Below are positions 25,701 through 35,148 of a DNA stretch of 64,000 bases, one piece after another. The stretch is from contig CM119268.1 of assembly GCA_051294375.1 (NCBI GenBank), positions 21,658,010 to 21,722,009 on the forward strand, in the 5' to 3' direction. This DNA comes from Paraspadella gotoi. Lineage: Eukaryota > Animalia > Chaetognatha. Each line of letters begins with the position of its first letter. Position 1 is the stretch's first letter. Under the pieces are notes generated by a model. The model was given only the letters and a program-made list of their open reading frames with translations. It had not been told where the DNA came from and did not search any database. The position numbers and the translations under genes are program-made.

Positions 25701-28700
25701 AATAACCTGCGTCAATTTAAAGAGCGTACAAAATACTTCATTTTACATACTTTTTTTTTAAAAATCAAAAAAATACTTTTCCAATTATTGATGTTTAAAA
25801 AACATGCTTGAAAATAATGTAAAATAAGGTATAAAAAAGACTAAATCCACTAGAGTAAACTTTTGGATTTCTATTGGCGTAAATAGGTATTAGTTTTTTA
25901 ATTTTGTTCAGAAGCTATGAATTGTTAAATCTTAAAAAAAATTTGAAAAAATATTTACTTATTACTTTTGTATGTGTGCTTACAATTTGAATGTTTATAT
26001 AACTATCATTATCTGCAAAACATAAGCTTTAATTTGAGACCTCTCCCATATATTTACGATTTTTCGTTATAAAAATTTTTTTTTAAAGATTAATCAATTA
26101 GTACTTTCAAACGGGATTATTTTTTTAAAAATAAAGACACAAAAATTTTTACTAAGAAAACGTAAGAAATTTTAAAAGCTGTAATTATATTTCTTGTTTA
26201 ACTTTTTATGCTCTATCAGAATTCATTAAAAAATTTTCATATTTCAATTTTTTTATATATAGTAATATTATAGACAGTTTAAATATTTGAAAAAAAAACA
26301 ATTTATTATTAAAGGACGAACATGATGAAGGCTCGAATTTGAGCCGAAACATGTTCGTCCTTTAATAATAAATTGTTGTTGCAAATATTTAAACTGTCTA
26401 TAATCTTCAAACACAGCAAAACAGAATGTATATAGTAATATAAAAATTTTAATTAGGCTAGTACCCTCAGAAAAAATAATTTTTGACAAAAAATATTTTA
26501 ATACTATATTCTATGCTCATGATAGATTATTTTAACGTTGTTTAGCTTTTAAATTTCATCAGCTATGGCTAATATGGGGCGATTGACTTGACATTTTGTA
26601 TATTGGTAGGAAAGTGTGTGATTGATCTGGAAATTAAGTTTCAACGGAATCGTTTGAGTGAAAATGAGTTTAAATGGAAAAAACAAGAAACCTGTTTCAC
26701 TAATTAATTATTTTTCTTTTTATATTAAATGTAAATTCAAAATGTATTAATTAATCAAATAATTTATAAGTTAATTAATCAATTAGACAAATAATTAATC
26801 AGTAATTAATTAATTAATCAGTCAATTAATCAATAAATAAATTATTCAATCAATAAATTTATTTATCAATCAATTAAATATTCAATCAATCAATCAATCT
26901 ATCGTCATTGCTTTTGTTGTGGTCAGTGACGAAGAGACCTAAAAACAAACATGTTGCATCAAATTAATTAAATGACTAATTAATTAACTTGATTTAATTA
27001 ATTAATTAATTAATTACCGCTAATGATCATGGGTAGATCCGGCATTGTTTTCTCAAACTTGTTTAATTCCCAGTAGTCCAGTTTGCTTACTTTCTTAGTC
27101 ATGTGCTTATCAATTCCATGATAAAATTTCAAAAAATGGAAATGCTGATATTTAAACTTACTACATTGGAGTATGTATCTCAGCAATCTGAATGTAAAAA
27201 AATATTTTACAACCACAATGACACCTTTTATTCATTTTATAGTTTTTTTATCAGACATTTTCCTTAAAGTTGTTTTAGTTAAAACTTATAGAATATAAAA
27301 ATTTTATGGTTGAAAAAAGTTAGGAAAATAACAATCATCTGGCAAATGTTTGTTGCCTTACTAAAACTTGAAATATATTAAAAAATAATTTTATCCATGC
27401 TTCAAAGATATTAAACTAACTAACAAATATAAAAGAAATTAAAATATACAATGAGTTTAAAATTGAAATATCAAATAAAAAAGGAAAAAGTTTAAAAAAA
27501 TGCTCATGCATGATTTGTTATAAAGGAACATAAACACCATGGAATCAACTAATGAAAATATCAAATATCAACTATTAGTTAGTCAGTTAAGAGCTATAAA
27601 ACCTTTTTTTATTTCACTCCCATTTTCTTAAAATTAAAATAACAGAAAGAAATGGACTGGAGCAATGAGACTCATCGATTGGCTGTCCTTGAACTACTTT
27701 TATTCCTTTGTACAAGAGATCATGCTTATAAACCTGTGTTTATAACTTTGGATGTCATTCTGTGCAGCCTTAATGTCGAACTGTTAAATGAAGGTATATA
27801 AAAAGGTTGAACAGGTTCGTTTTCGTTATAATTTCTTAAAAATCAATGAAATTTGATGAAAGCATTGATAAAGTATAATAAAGTAAGAAAAAAGTAAAAG
27901 ATAGTATTTTTAAATTAAAACTAAGTCAGTCATAGTCAAGAAGCAAAATTTCAAATAAAATAATAACAGGTTCAAGGATTTTCGGCTTTCATTAAATCCA
28001 GATCCAATTTCCCTTAACTGTGCTAAGTAAAGGGTTGTAAAGGGGGAGAACCAATATGACTTTTAAACAAAACACCAATGTCCCCAAGCTATTGGTNNNN
28101 NNNNNNNNNNNNNNNNNNNNNAAAAAAGTCAATTATGAAAAACTACTATCAGTGAACATTAATTATAAAAAAAATTAATTTTATGTTTTTTAATTTTTGC
28201 AGTAGGCTATATTTATATATAGTACTATCCTTATAAAATCAAAAAAATTCAAAATAGGCTTTTCTTAATTTTGATTGCAGATTTGAATTCCTCGTCAAAA
28301 GTTGATAAAAGAAAATATAAATCATTTTAAAAATTCTTTCATTAAGTGGGTTAAAAATTAAAAAAACTATATTTAATATATAAAAATAATTTTCAGCTTA
28401 AAATATAGCTTTTCCTAATTTTTGACCCACTTAATGAAGGAATTTTTCTATATTCTATATTTCTTTTTATCACTTTTTATGACGAATCCAAATCTGCAAA
28501 AAAATATTAGAAAAAACTTTTTTAAAAATTTTAACATTTATTGGTTTAGTACTAGTATAAATATGGCCTACTGCGTAAATTGTAAAATATTATATAATTT
28601 TTTTATTACATAAATGTTTATTAGTATAATGTTGTTCGTTCCTTACTTTTAAAATTTTAATTAAAATAAAATTTATAAAACTTACTATGCCTTAATAATC

Positions 28701-31700
28701 AATTAGTGAAACAGGTTTTTTGTTTTTTCCATTTAAACTCATTTCCACTCAAACAATTCCATCGAAACTTGATTTCCAGGAAACTAACACAAACAAAATT
28801 TCAAGTCAATCGCTCCGTCCACTTATGGCGTTCAAATAGTGAAATAAATTTTTTTGTTTTTTCCATTTCAACTCATTTCCATTCGCACCGATTCTATCTT
28901 TATATCCAGCTCAATCACACACTTTCCTACCCACACACACAATTTCATTCAAATCCATTCATCCAATCACGAGTAATTGGAAGTATAATGCTAAGGGGGG
29001 ACGGACAGATGGATGGACACCATTTTTTTGCATAATTTCATAATTTGAGGTTCTGAGATGATCTAAGTGAATGACCAGCAAGATTTGGGGGTGGACAGTA
29101 AGGCGTAATAAAAATTCTAAAAGTTAAGAACGAACAACATTATACTAATGAACATTTATGTATAAAAAAAAATTATAATAAATTTTACAATTTACGCAGT
29201 AGGCCATATTATACTAGTACTAATCCAATAAATGTTAAATTTTAAAACATTTTTTTCTAAGATTTTTTCGCAGATTTGGATTTGTCATAAAAGTTGATAA
29301 AAAAATATACTCTTTTGAAAAATTCCTTCATTAAGTGAGTAAAATTTAAAAAAGCTATTTTTTAAGCTGAAAATTAACTTTTTTATATATTAAATATATT
29401 TTTTTTAAATTTTACCCACTTAATGAAAGAATTTTAAAAATGATTTATATTTTTTTTATAAACTTTTGACAAAATTAAGAAAAGCCTTTTTTGAAATTTT
29501 TTGATTTATAAGGATATGTGGATAAGGCGCTAAGTGGGCTGAAGATGACTATCCGTAACTTCTATAACCCCCTTTAGTAGCCATGGAACGGGTCCTGGGC
29601 TTAGAACCAGGCTTGAGGGGTTGCCATGCCCCCAAGGCGGCTTACGGCCGTCCTCACGCTTCCCACAGGGTAGGTACCGGGTTGGGATTGAACCCGGTAC
29701 CTAGTGGTCATGAGCTGATGGCTTTACTCAATGAGCCACCGGGTCAGGACTGAAGGTGTCATGCTTATAGGCGGGGTGAACCTAGCAATGCCCGACTACA
29801 TGCCCCCCAGATTGTAACCCACCCTGCACTGCTTCCAGTGGAGGGAGGGGAGCAATCTTCAGCACGTCCATGGGCCTGGATCAGAAGGTTGGAATACGCT
29901 CGACAGGATGGGCTCACCAGTGTGGATAAGGCGCTAGTGGGCTGAAGATGACTATCCGTAACTTCTATAACCCCCTTTAGTAGCCATGGAACGGTGCCTG
30001 GCTTGGAACCAGGCTTGAGGGGTTGCCATGCCCCAAGGCGGCTTACGGCCGTCCTCACGCTTCCCACAGGGTAGGTACCGGGTTGGGATTGAACCCGGTA
30101 CCTAGTGGTGATGAGCTGATGGCTTTACTCAATGAGCCACCGGGTCAGGACTGAAGGTGTCATGCTTATAGGCGGGGTGAACCTAGGCAATGCCCGACTA
30201 CAGATAGTACTATATATATAAAATAGCCTACTGCAAAAATTAAAAAACATAAAAATAATTTTTTTTACAAATAATTTTCACTGATAGTATGTTGTTCATA
30301 ATTGACTTTTTTAATTCCGTACGTAACTTTCACTACGCTCTAGTGGACAGACAGACCGACAAAGTGAATTATAGACTCGGAATCTGCGATATGCAGATCC
30401 GACTAAAAATTGCACAAACTTGTTTGTTTTTAGATTTTTTCAACAAGTTTCAGCAAACAAAGTCGGATCTGCCTACGATAATTAAGCAGTAATCTGCTAA
30501 TCAGATATAAATCATGATAATTTTTCAACTTGCATCATTTTTTCAACATGCATCATTTTGTAAACTTGCATCATTTTGTCAACTTGCATCATTTTTAGTC
30601 GGATCGGCTTATCAGTCCCAAAACGTATCAAAACATCATATCATATCAGTATCATCTGATTAGCAGATTACTGCTTAATTATCGTAGGCAGATCCGACTT
30701 TGTTTGCTGAAACTTGTTGAAAAAATCTAAAAACAAACAAGTTTGTGCAATTTTTAGTCGGATCTGCATATCGCAGATTCCGAGTCTATAATTCACTTTG
30801 TCGGTCTGTCTGTCCACTAGAGCGTAGTGAAAGTTACGTACGGAAATTATAAAAGTCAATTATGAACAACATACTATCAGTGAACATTAATTTGTAAAAA
30901 AAATTATTTTTATGTTTTTTAATTTTTGCAGTAGGCTATTTTATTATATAGTACTATCTGTAGTCGGGCATTGCCTAGGTTCACCCCGCCTATAAGCATG
31001 ACACCTTCAGTCCTGACCCGGTGGCTCATTGAGTAAAGCCATCAGCTCATCACCACTAGGTACCGGGTTCAATCCCAACCCGGTACCTACCCTGTGGGAA
31101 GCGTGAGGACGGCCGTAAGCCGCCTTGGGGCATGGCAACCCCTCAAGCCTGGTTCCAAGCCCAGGACCCGTTCCATGGCTACTAAAGGGGGTTATAGAAG
31201 TTACGGATAGTCATCTTCAGCCCACTTAGCGCCTTATCCACACTGGTGAGCCCATCCTGTCGAGCGTATTCCAACCTTCTGATTCCAGGCCCATGGACGT
31301 GCTGAAGATTGCTCCCCTCCCTCCACTGGAAGCAGTGCAGGGTGGGTTACAATCTGGGGGGCATGTAGTCGGGCATTGCTAGGTTCACCCCGCCTATAAG
31401 CATGACACCTTCAGTCCTGACCCGGGTGGCTCATTGAGTAAAGCCATCAGCTCATGACCACTAGGTACCGGGTTCAATCCCAACCCGGTACCTACCCTGT
31501 GGGAAGCGTGAGGACGGCCGTAAGCCGCCTTGGGGGCATGGCAACCCCTCAAGCCTGGTTCTAAGCCCAGGACCCGTTCCATGGCTACTAAAGGGGTTAT
31601 AGAAGTTACGGATAGTCATCTTCAGCCCACTTAGCGCCTTATCCACATATCCTTATAAATCAAAAAATTTCAAAATAGGCTTTTTCTTAATTTTGTCAAA

Positions 31701-34700
31701 AGTTTATATAAAAAAATATAAATCATTTTTAAAAATTCTTTCATTAAGTGGTAAAATTTAAAAAAAATATATTTAAAAAAAATGTTAATTTTCAGCTTAA
31801 AAAATAGCTTTTTTAAATTTTACTCACTTAATGAAGGAATTTTTCAAAAAGAGTTATATTTTTTTTATCAACTTTTTATGACAAATCCAAATCTGCGAAA
31901 AAATCTTAGAAAAAACTGTTTTAAAATTTTAACATTTATTGGATTAGTACTAGTATAAATATGGCCTACTGCGTAAATTGTAAAATTTATTATAATTTTT
32001 TTTTATACATAAATGTTCATTAGTATAATGTTGTTCGTTCTTAACTTTTAGAATTTTTATTACGCCTTACTGTCCACCCCCAAATCTTGCTGGTCATTCA
32101 CTTAGATCATCTCAGAACCTCAAATTATGAAAATTATGCAAAAAAATGGTGTCCATCCATCTGTCCGTCCCCCCTTAGCATTATACTCCAATTACTCGTG
32201 ATTGGATGAATGGATTTGAATGAAATTGTGTGTGTGGGTAGGAAAGTGTGTGATTGAGCTGGATATAAAGATAGAATCGTGCGAATGGAAATGAGTTGAA
32301 ATGGAAAAAACAAAAAAATTTATTTCACTATTTGAACGCCATAAGTGGACGGAGCGATTGACTTGAAATTTTTTGTGTGGTAGTTTCCTGGAAATCAAGT
32401 TTCGATGGAATTGTTTGAGTGGAAATGAGTTTAAATGGAAAAAACAAAAAACCTGTTTCACTAATTGATTATTAAGGCATAGTAAGTTTTATAAATTTTA
32501 TTTTAATTAAAATTTTAAAAGTAAGGAACGAACAACATTATACTAATAAACATTTATGTAATAAAAAAATTTATAATAAATTTTACAATTTACGCAGTAG
32601 GCCATATTTATACTAGTACTAAACCAATAAATGTTAAAATTTTTAAAAAGTTTTTCTAATATTTTTTTGCAGATTTGGATTCGTCATAAAAAGTTGATAA
32701 AAAGAAATATAGAAATATAGAAAAATTCCTTCATTAAGTGGGTCAAAAATTAGAAAAAGCTATATTTTAAGCTGAAAATTATTTTTTTATATATTAAATA
32801 TAGTTTTTTTAATTTTTAACCCACTTAATGAAAGAATTTTTAAAAATGATTTATATTTTCTTTTATCAACTTTTGACGAGGAATTCAAATCTGCAATCAA
32901 AATTAAGAAAAGCCTATTTTGAATTTTTTTGATTTTATAAGGATAGTACTATATATAAATATAGCCTACTGCAAAAATTAAAAAACATAAAATTAATTTT
33001 TTTTATAAATTAATGTTCACTGATAGTATGTTTTTCATAATTGACTTTTAGAATTTTTGTATGTAACTTTCACTACGCCTTATTGATTACGCTTCTTTTT
33101 CTTTTTATATTAGATGTAAATGCAAGATGTATTAAATAATCAAATTAATCAGTTAATCAATTAATGAATCAATTAATAAATAATTAATTAATAGGTCTAT
33201 TAATCAATAAATTAAATATTCAATCAATCAATTTATTTAGTTATCTATTAATTAATTATTCAATCAATCAATTTATATATAACTTAATTAGTTATTTAAT
33301 CAATTATTTAATCAATTATTTAATCAATCAATCAAGTCAATCTTTATCGGTATTATTGTCGTCGCCATCATCATCGTCGTTGCTTTTGTCGTGATCAGTG
33401 ATGAAAAGACCTAAAAACAAACATTTCGGATCAAATTAATTAATTTATTAATTAAATTACTATTTTAGTTTATATAGTTTGTATTAATTAATTAATTAAC
33501 GCTAATGATCGTGGGCAGATCCGACATTGTTTGCTCAAACTTGTTTTTAATTAATTAATTAAAGTGTAATTAACTAATGAATTAATATTTTAACTAATAA
33601 ATTAATAATAATTAATGAATCATTTATTTTAATTGATTAATAATTATTTGAGTTTATAAAATGTAAAACTTCTACGAACAAATATCTGACGATCCGAAAT
33701 GGTTATTCACGATGCGAAACCAGCTAAAATTGTACTTTTTTTCTTTTTTTTCAACCTACTGTGGCGGTATATTACACTACCAAACTTTTTCCATCCTACT
33801 ACCAGGATTTATTTTCTCTTAATTTCTTTACTCTGAGCAATTTCCCTTTAATTTCTATAGAAATTTGCTCTTTTCTCTGCACCCACCAGTTTTTTCCTAG
33901 CAAACAAATTTAGTTCAAATACATCCACCAGAGGTCTTATTCTTTTTTGTTAAATTTTATAACCAGTTCAGTTAGCTAATCGTAGAATCAATGAGCTTTT
34001 CCAGATTTTAAAAACACCCATAATTATGTCATAATTATTGGGGCAAAATCAATGACGCTGAAGAAGGCTTGCATCCAAAGCCAAAACATGTACGTTTTAT
34101 ATGATAAAATAAAATTCGTTGTGAAACAAAATCATTTTGCCCCAATACATATAACAACGAAAAAGAAAGGTTATTACCACTATGTCATAATTATTATATA
34201 ATTTCAATTTTCAATATAATTTCAAATTTCAATGTTAAAAGGAGATAAAATAAAGCTCTTATTCAATTTTCTAATTTAAGGTCGGGAATTGTTTGAGAAT
34301 GGGTTTGAAGTACCCTTCCACATGAATGTGGACAACTGGCGGAGTTGGCCCGAGTACTGGGTGATCACAATGGAACAATTTCACATATTCGCCAGTGACG
34401 TTCTTGCCTCTGTCTTGCCCGAGACGGCAATATTGAAGAAAATCTATCTACGGTGCAGTCATTGCTAAATGCAGATGGTAGTGCTGCTGTTAATGATTGT
34501 AACTTGTGCAATCATGAGATTGGTGAAGAATTTTTTTTCTTATTACTCATATTTATTTGTTTGATATCGCTTTGGTTTCATGTTAAACTCCCTGTCTACT
34601 TACTTAAATGATATGCTGATATGCGTTATTGAATGAAGTAAATAAATTCTCAATTGAGCTGATTCAACTCCCCAGAAATGTTCATGATTCTCATATTGAT

Positions 34701-34971
34701 GCCAGAAAAAAAGTCAAGAAAAAAAAACAGAGTAAACCATTAAAAATAGTAGTATTCTTCAGCGGAAATGAAAAATTTGAAAATTAGTGATTGTGTAGCT
34801 TAAATGAAAAGATAAAAACCGTATTATTTTTTTTATTGGTCAGAAAAACTAATGACCCCTTTCCGACCAAATTGCAGGAACCATGACTACCTCGCTGATA
34901 ACGTTGATGAAGTAAGAAAGAGGATAAAGAAGGTTTTGCGTCTTTCCCCGAAGAAATCGCTTAAACTGTAA
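5918..34971 (+). CDS. GAF-GAF-PDEase (PDE10A-like) protein with degenerate catalytic site (candidate pseudo-phosphodiesterase)
   Basis: In-phase chain: 14676-14871, 15160-15260 (GMLPAYVASIK..FPH), 15379-15481 (SSLCLPFIQDNNVLGVFELLR; GAF-A), 16315-16567 (..LNEILHAEKC), 16947-17216, 18196-18266, 18360-19168 (VNKKNWNNEFDNDDE GAF motif; PYHN; HRGLSN; alternative donor 19216), 27646-27793, 34281-34452, 34878-34971 (stop); AATAAA at ~35036. N-terminal exons 5918-6072, ~9139-9187, ~9271-9358, ~11492-11647 and ~13295-13519 are open and splice-bounded but tentative (phases not all reconciled). Confidence 0.85.
7260..7990. repeat. Degenerate array of TACGCCA motifs (~110-140-bp higher-order unit)
   Basis: tttacgccattctacgcca at ~7278, 7388, 7529 and 7670, with inverted tggcgta at 7804 and 7979; resembles DNA-transposon subterminal repeats. 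Confidence 0.7.
9520..10876 (-). mobile_element. HINE family 1 copy containing an expanded minisatellite
   Basis: aacaagtttgagcaagcaatatcggatctgc at 9520 and gaccgacaaagtgaattatagagtcggaatctgc ending at ~10875. Confidence 0.7.
9715..10383. repeat. 18-bp minisatellite
   Basis: Unit ggcataatttggtcaact; a short relative lies at 30520-30595. Confidence 0.95.
12102..12144 (+). pseudogene. 3' fragment of tRNA-Leu including CCA
   Basis: agtctcttcggaggcgtgggtttgaatcccaccgctgtca-CCA = variable arm, T arm and acceptor 3' strand of eukaryotic tRNA-Leu; no 5' half upstream. Confidence 0.8.
12201..13137. repeat. Diverged inverted repeat, ~280-bp arms
   Basis: 12201-12479 is the reverse complement of ~12847-13137 with many substitutions; (GA)n inside; same style as the Penelope-like inverted arms at 21.3-21.8 kb. 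Confidence 0.8.
12484..12779. mobile_element. GC-rich structured insertion, possible solo LTR
   Basis: TGAT...ATCA termini, ~295 bp, several hairpins (ggagtccac..gtggactcc; cctgcagc..gctgcagg); no clean TSD. Confidence 0.4.
13661..14627 (+). mobile_element. HINE/DINE-1-like element, family 2
   Basis: 5' hairpin agttgcgccgcga-gtac-tcgcggagcaact, (GTCG)n, 3' subTIR gcgacgcaac plus agaatcactgttcttgtt; degenerate copy ~2600-3145. Confidence 0.65.
15585..16180 (+). mobile_element. Helentron-associated (HINE/DINE-1-like) element, family 1
   Basis: 5' subTIR plus adjacent inverted copy (tcggatctgc..cagatcccga), (GTCC)n microsatellite, 3' subTIR gcagatccgac followed by stem-loop gtttgctcaaac, T-rich flanks. 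Other copies or fragments: ~190-470, 19398-19545, 25610-27063, 45640-45800, 47850-48010, 52196-52816. Confidence 0.75.
17531..18161 (-). mobile_element. TRIM family B: complete miniature LTR element in a PDE intron
   Basis: Direct repeats 17531-17731 and 17966-18161, each with a different internal deletion; termini TGTGGC..GCCATA on minus; PBS TGGTGAGCCA next to the 5' LTR; 4-bp TSD GGAG (17527-17530, 18162-18165); interior has three copies of gcataggcgtttgtcgtagc. Confidence 0.85.
18360..19168 (+). CDS. Largest exon of the PDE10-like gene: end of GAF-B and first half of the PDEase domain
   Basis: Matches ORF-track 18449-19246. NPYHNPDR...AANMTCVGHRGLSNNGLLKLGDPL aligns with the class I PDE signature PYHNxxH...ACLCHDLDHRGxSN. 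Confidence 0.9.
19963..20580. mobile_element. hAT-like MITE abutting the 3.85-kb element
   Basis: Begins TAGAGTGATGTGAAAA after ATGTCCAC; ends in degenerate ttcacttcactt before ACGTCCAC; interior resembles the other MITEs. Confidence 0.6.
21299..21340 (-). ncRNA. Minimal type I hammerhead ribozyme motif (Penelope-type)
   Basis: Minus strand: AACG CTGATGA aggctcgtacaagagca GAAAC ATGTA cttt; canonical core boxes, one mismatch each in stem I and stem II. Confidence 0.72.
21757..21798 (+). ncRNA. Minimal type I hammerhead ribozyme motif (Penelope-type), variant core
   Basis: AACA CTGAATA a GGCTC gtacaa GAGCC GAAAC ATGTA TGTT: stem I AACA/TGTT, stem II GGCTC/GAGCC, palindromic ACATGT stem III, GUA cleavage triplet; core CUGAaUA deviates from CUGAnGA. 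Confidence 0.7.
22184..23057 (+). mobile_element. hAT MITE, same family (host of family C insertion)
   Basis: TAAGGCGTAGTGAAAG...ttactatgccta; colinear with 32473-33082; degenerate TSD. Confidence 0.8.
22324..22589 (-). mobile_element. tRNA-like-box-bearing insertion, probable solo LTR (family C)
   Basis: GC-rich TG..CA-bounded block absent from other copies of the host MITE; minus-strand A box TGGTTCAGTGG and B box GGTTCGAGCCC about 50 nt inside the 5' end; TSD not clean. Confidence 0.65.
23960..24132 (-). mobile_element. Penelope-like remnant with degenerate hammerhead and inversion
   Basis: Minus strand gaagaatactcttaatacagagtcGAAACttGTC; inverted flanks aatttaggaaaaaacagtttt / aaaactgttttttcctaaatt; tail resembles 34152-34180. 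Confidence 0.5.
24446..25492 (+). pseudogene. Tc1-family (DD34E-type) transposase relic
   Basis: FQEDKAPGYKAK..KVLEG*PRNSPDCNIIKNVW (cf. FQQDNAPxH..WPxNSPDLNPIENxW) and, after the MITE, LPRRMEAVLEANDGPTMY*. Confidence 0.8.
24803..25416 (+). mobile_element. hAT MITE inserted in a Tc1 relic
   Basis: TAAGGCGTAGTGAAAG...gctacgcttta; TSD TTGCCCAG/TTTCCCAG; its end is also present at 45936-46098. Confidence 0.8.
26269..26428 (+). mobile_element. Short Penelope-like insertion with 5' inversion and hammerhead core
   Basis: 13-bp TSD TATATAGTAATAT (26256-26268, 26429-26441; empty site at ~14334); long hairpin enclosing TGATGA aggctcgaatttgagcc GAAAC ATGTT. Confidence 0.72.
29517..30202 (-). mobile_element. 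TRIM family A, mirror copy inside the large inverted duplication
   Basis: Reverse complement of 30959-31647, with the same TSD and the same 5'/3'-LTR diagnostic variants. Confidence 0.8.
30818..32069 (+). mobile_element. hAT-superfamily MITE (host of TRIM A)
   Basis: TIRs TAGAGCGTAGTGAAA / tttattacgcctta; exact 8-bp TSD CTGTCCAC (30810-30817, 32070-32077). Confidence 0.85.
30959..31647 (+). mobile_element. TRIM family A: complete miniature LTR retrotransposon with a tRNA-like Pol III module in each LTR
   Basis: Two near-identical ~284-bp TG..CA repeats (30959-31242, 31364-31647); PBS TGGTGAGCCC at 31244; GGGGGG tract before the 3' LTR; 121-bp non-coding interior; 4-bp TSD TATC, with an empty site (gtacTATCcttata) at ~28222; A box GTGGCTCATTGAG 31021, B box GGTTCAATCCC 31066. 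Confidence 0.88.
32473..33082 (-). mobile_element. hAT MITE, same family
   Basis: TIRs TAAGGCATAGTAA / ttcactacgcctta; TSD TTGATTAT/TTGATTAC; empty site aattgattatgctt at ~15875. Confidence 0.85.
34040..34180 (+). mobile_element. Short Penelope-like insertion with mutated hammerhead
   Basis: 15-bp TSD TATGTCATAATTATT (34025-34039, 34181-34195); GACG CTGAAGA aggcttgcatccaaagcc AAAAC ATGTA CGTT (GAAA mutated to AAAA); short 5' inversion ggggcaaaat/attttgcccc. Confidence 0.72.
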
Positions 34972-35148
34972 CTAACTTTAAATTTTCTCTCGCCCAATCA
35001 TGAGAGACTGCGAAATGAATTTTGTAAACTTGGAAAATAAAATGTAATGTCGACTTTGAGTTTTATCAATGATAATGATTGAAAGATTTGTCAAAATTTA
35101 ATACAAAAGACTATTCCTTGTTGTTTTCTTACGTGACGTGATCACCAG

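Larger units (their letters stand above)
28122..33049. repeat. Near-perfect 2.4-kb inverted duplication adjacent to an assembly gap
   Basis: 28122-30506 is the reverse complement of 30654-33049; differences are mostly 1-nt indels; the left arm starts at the N run. Confidence 0.9.
30755..33545 (+). mobile_element. HINE family 1 copy interrupted by two hAT MITEs
   Basis: tagtcggatctgc..gcagattccga start and gcagatccgacattgtttgctcaaacttgtt end; segments rejoin when 30818-32069 and 32473-33082 are removed. Confidence 0.75.

Noticed and set aside
31015-31090. Functional tRNA gene
   Set aside because: A/B boxes are present but there is no proper cloverleaf or terminator; it is part of an LTR.
29765-31646. 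ORFs within TRIM A and identical ORF pairs on opposite strands
   Set aside because: Chance ORFs in GC-rich LTRs mirrored by the inverted duplication; no gag/pol motifs.
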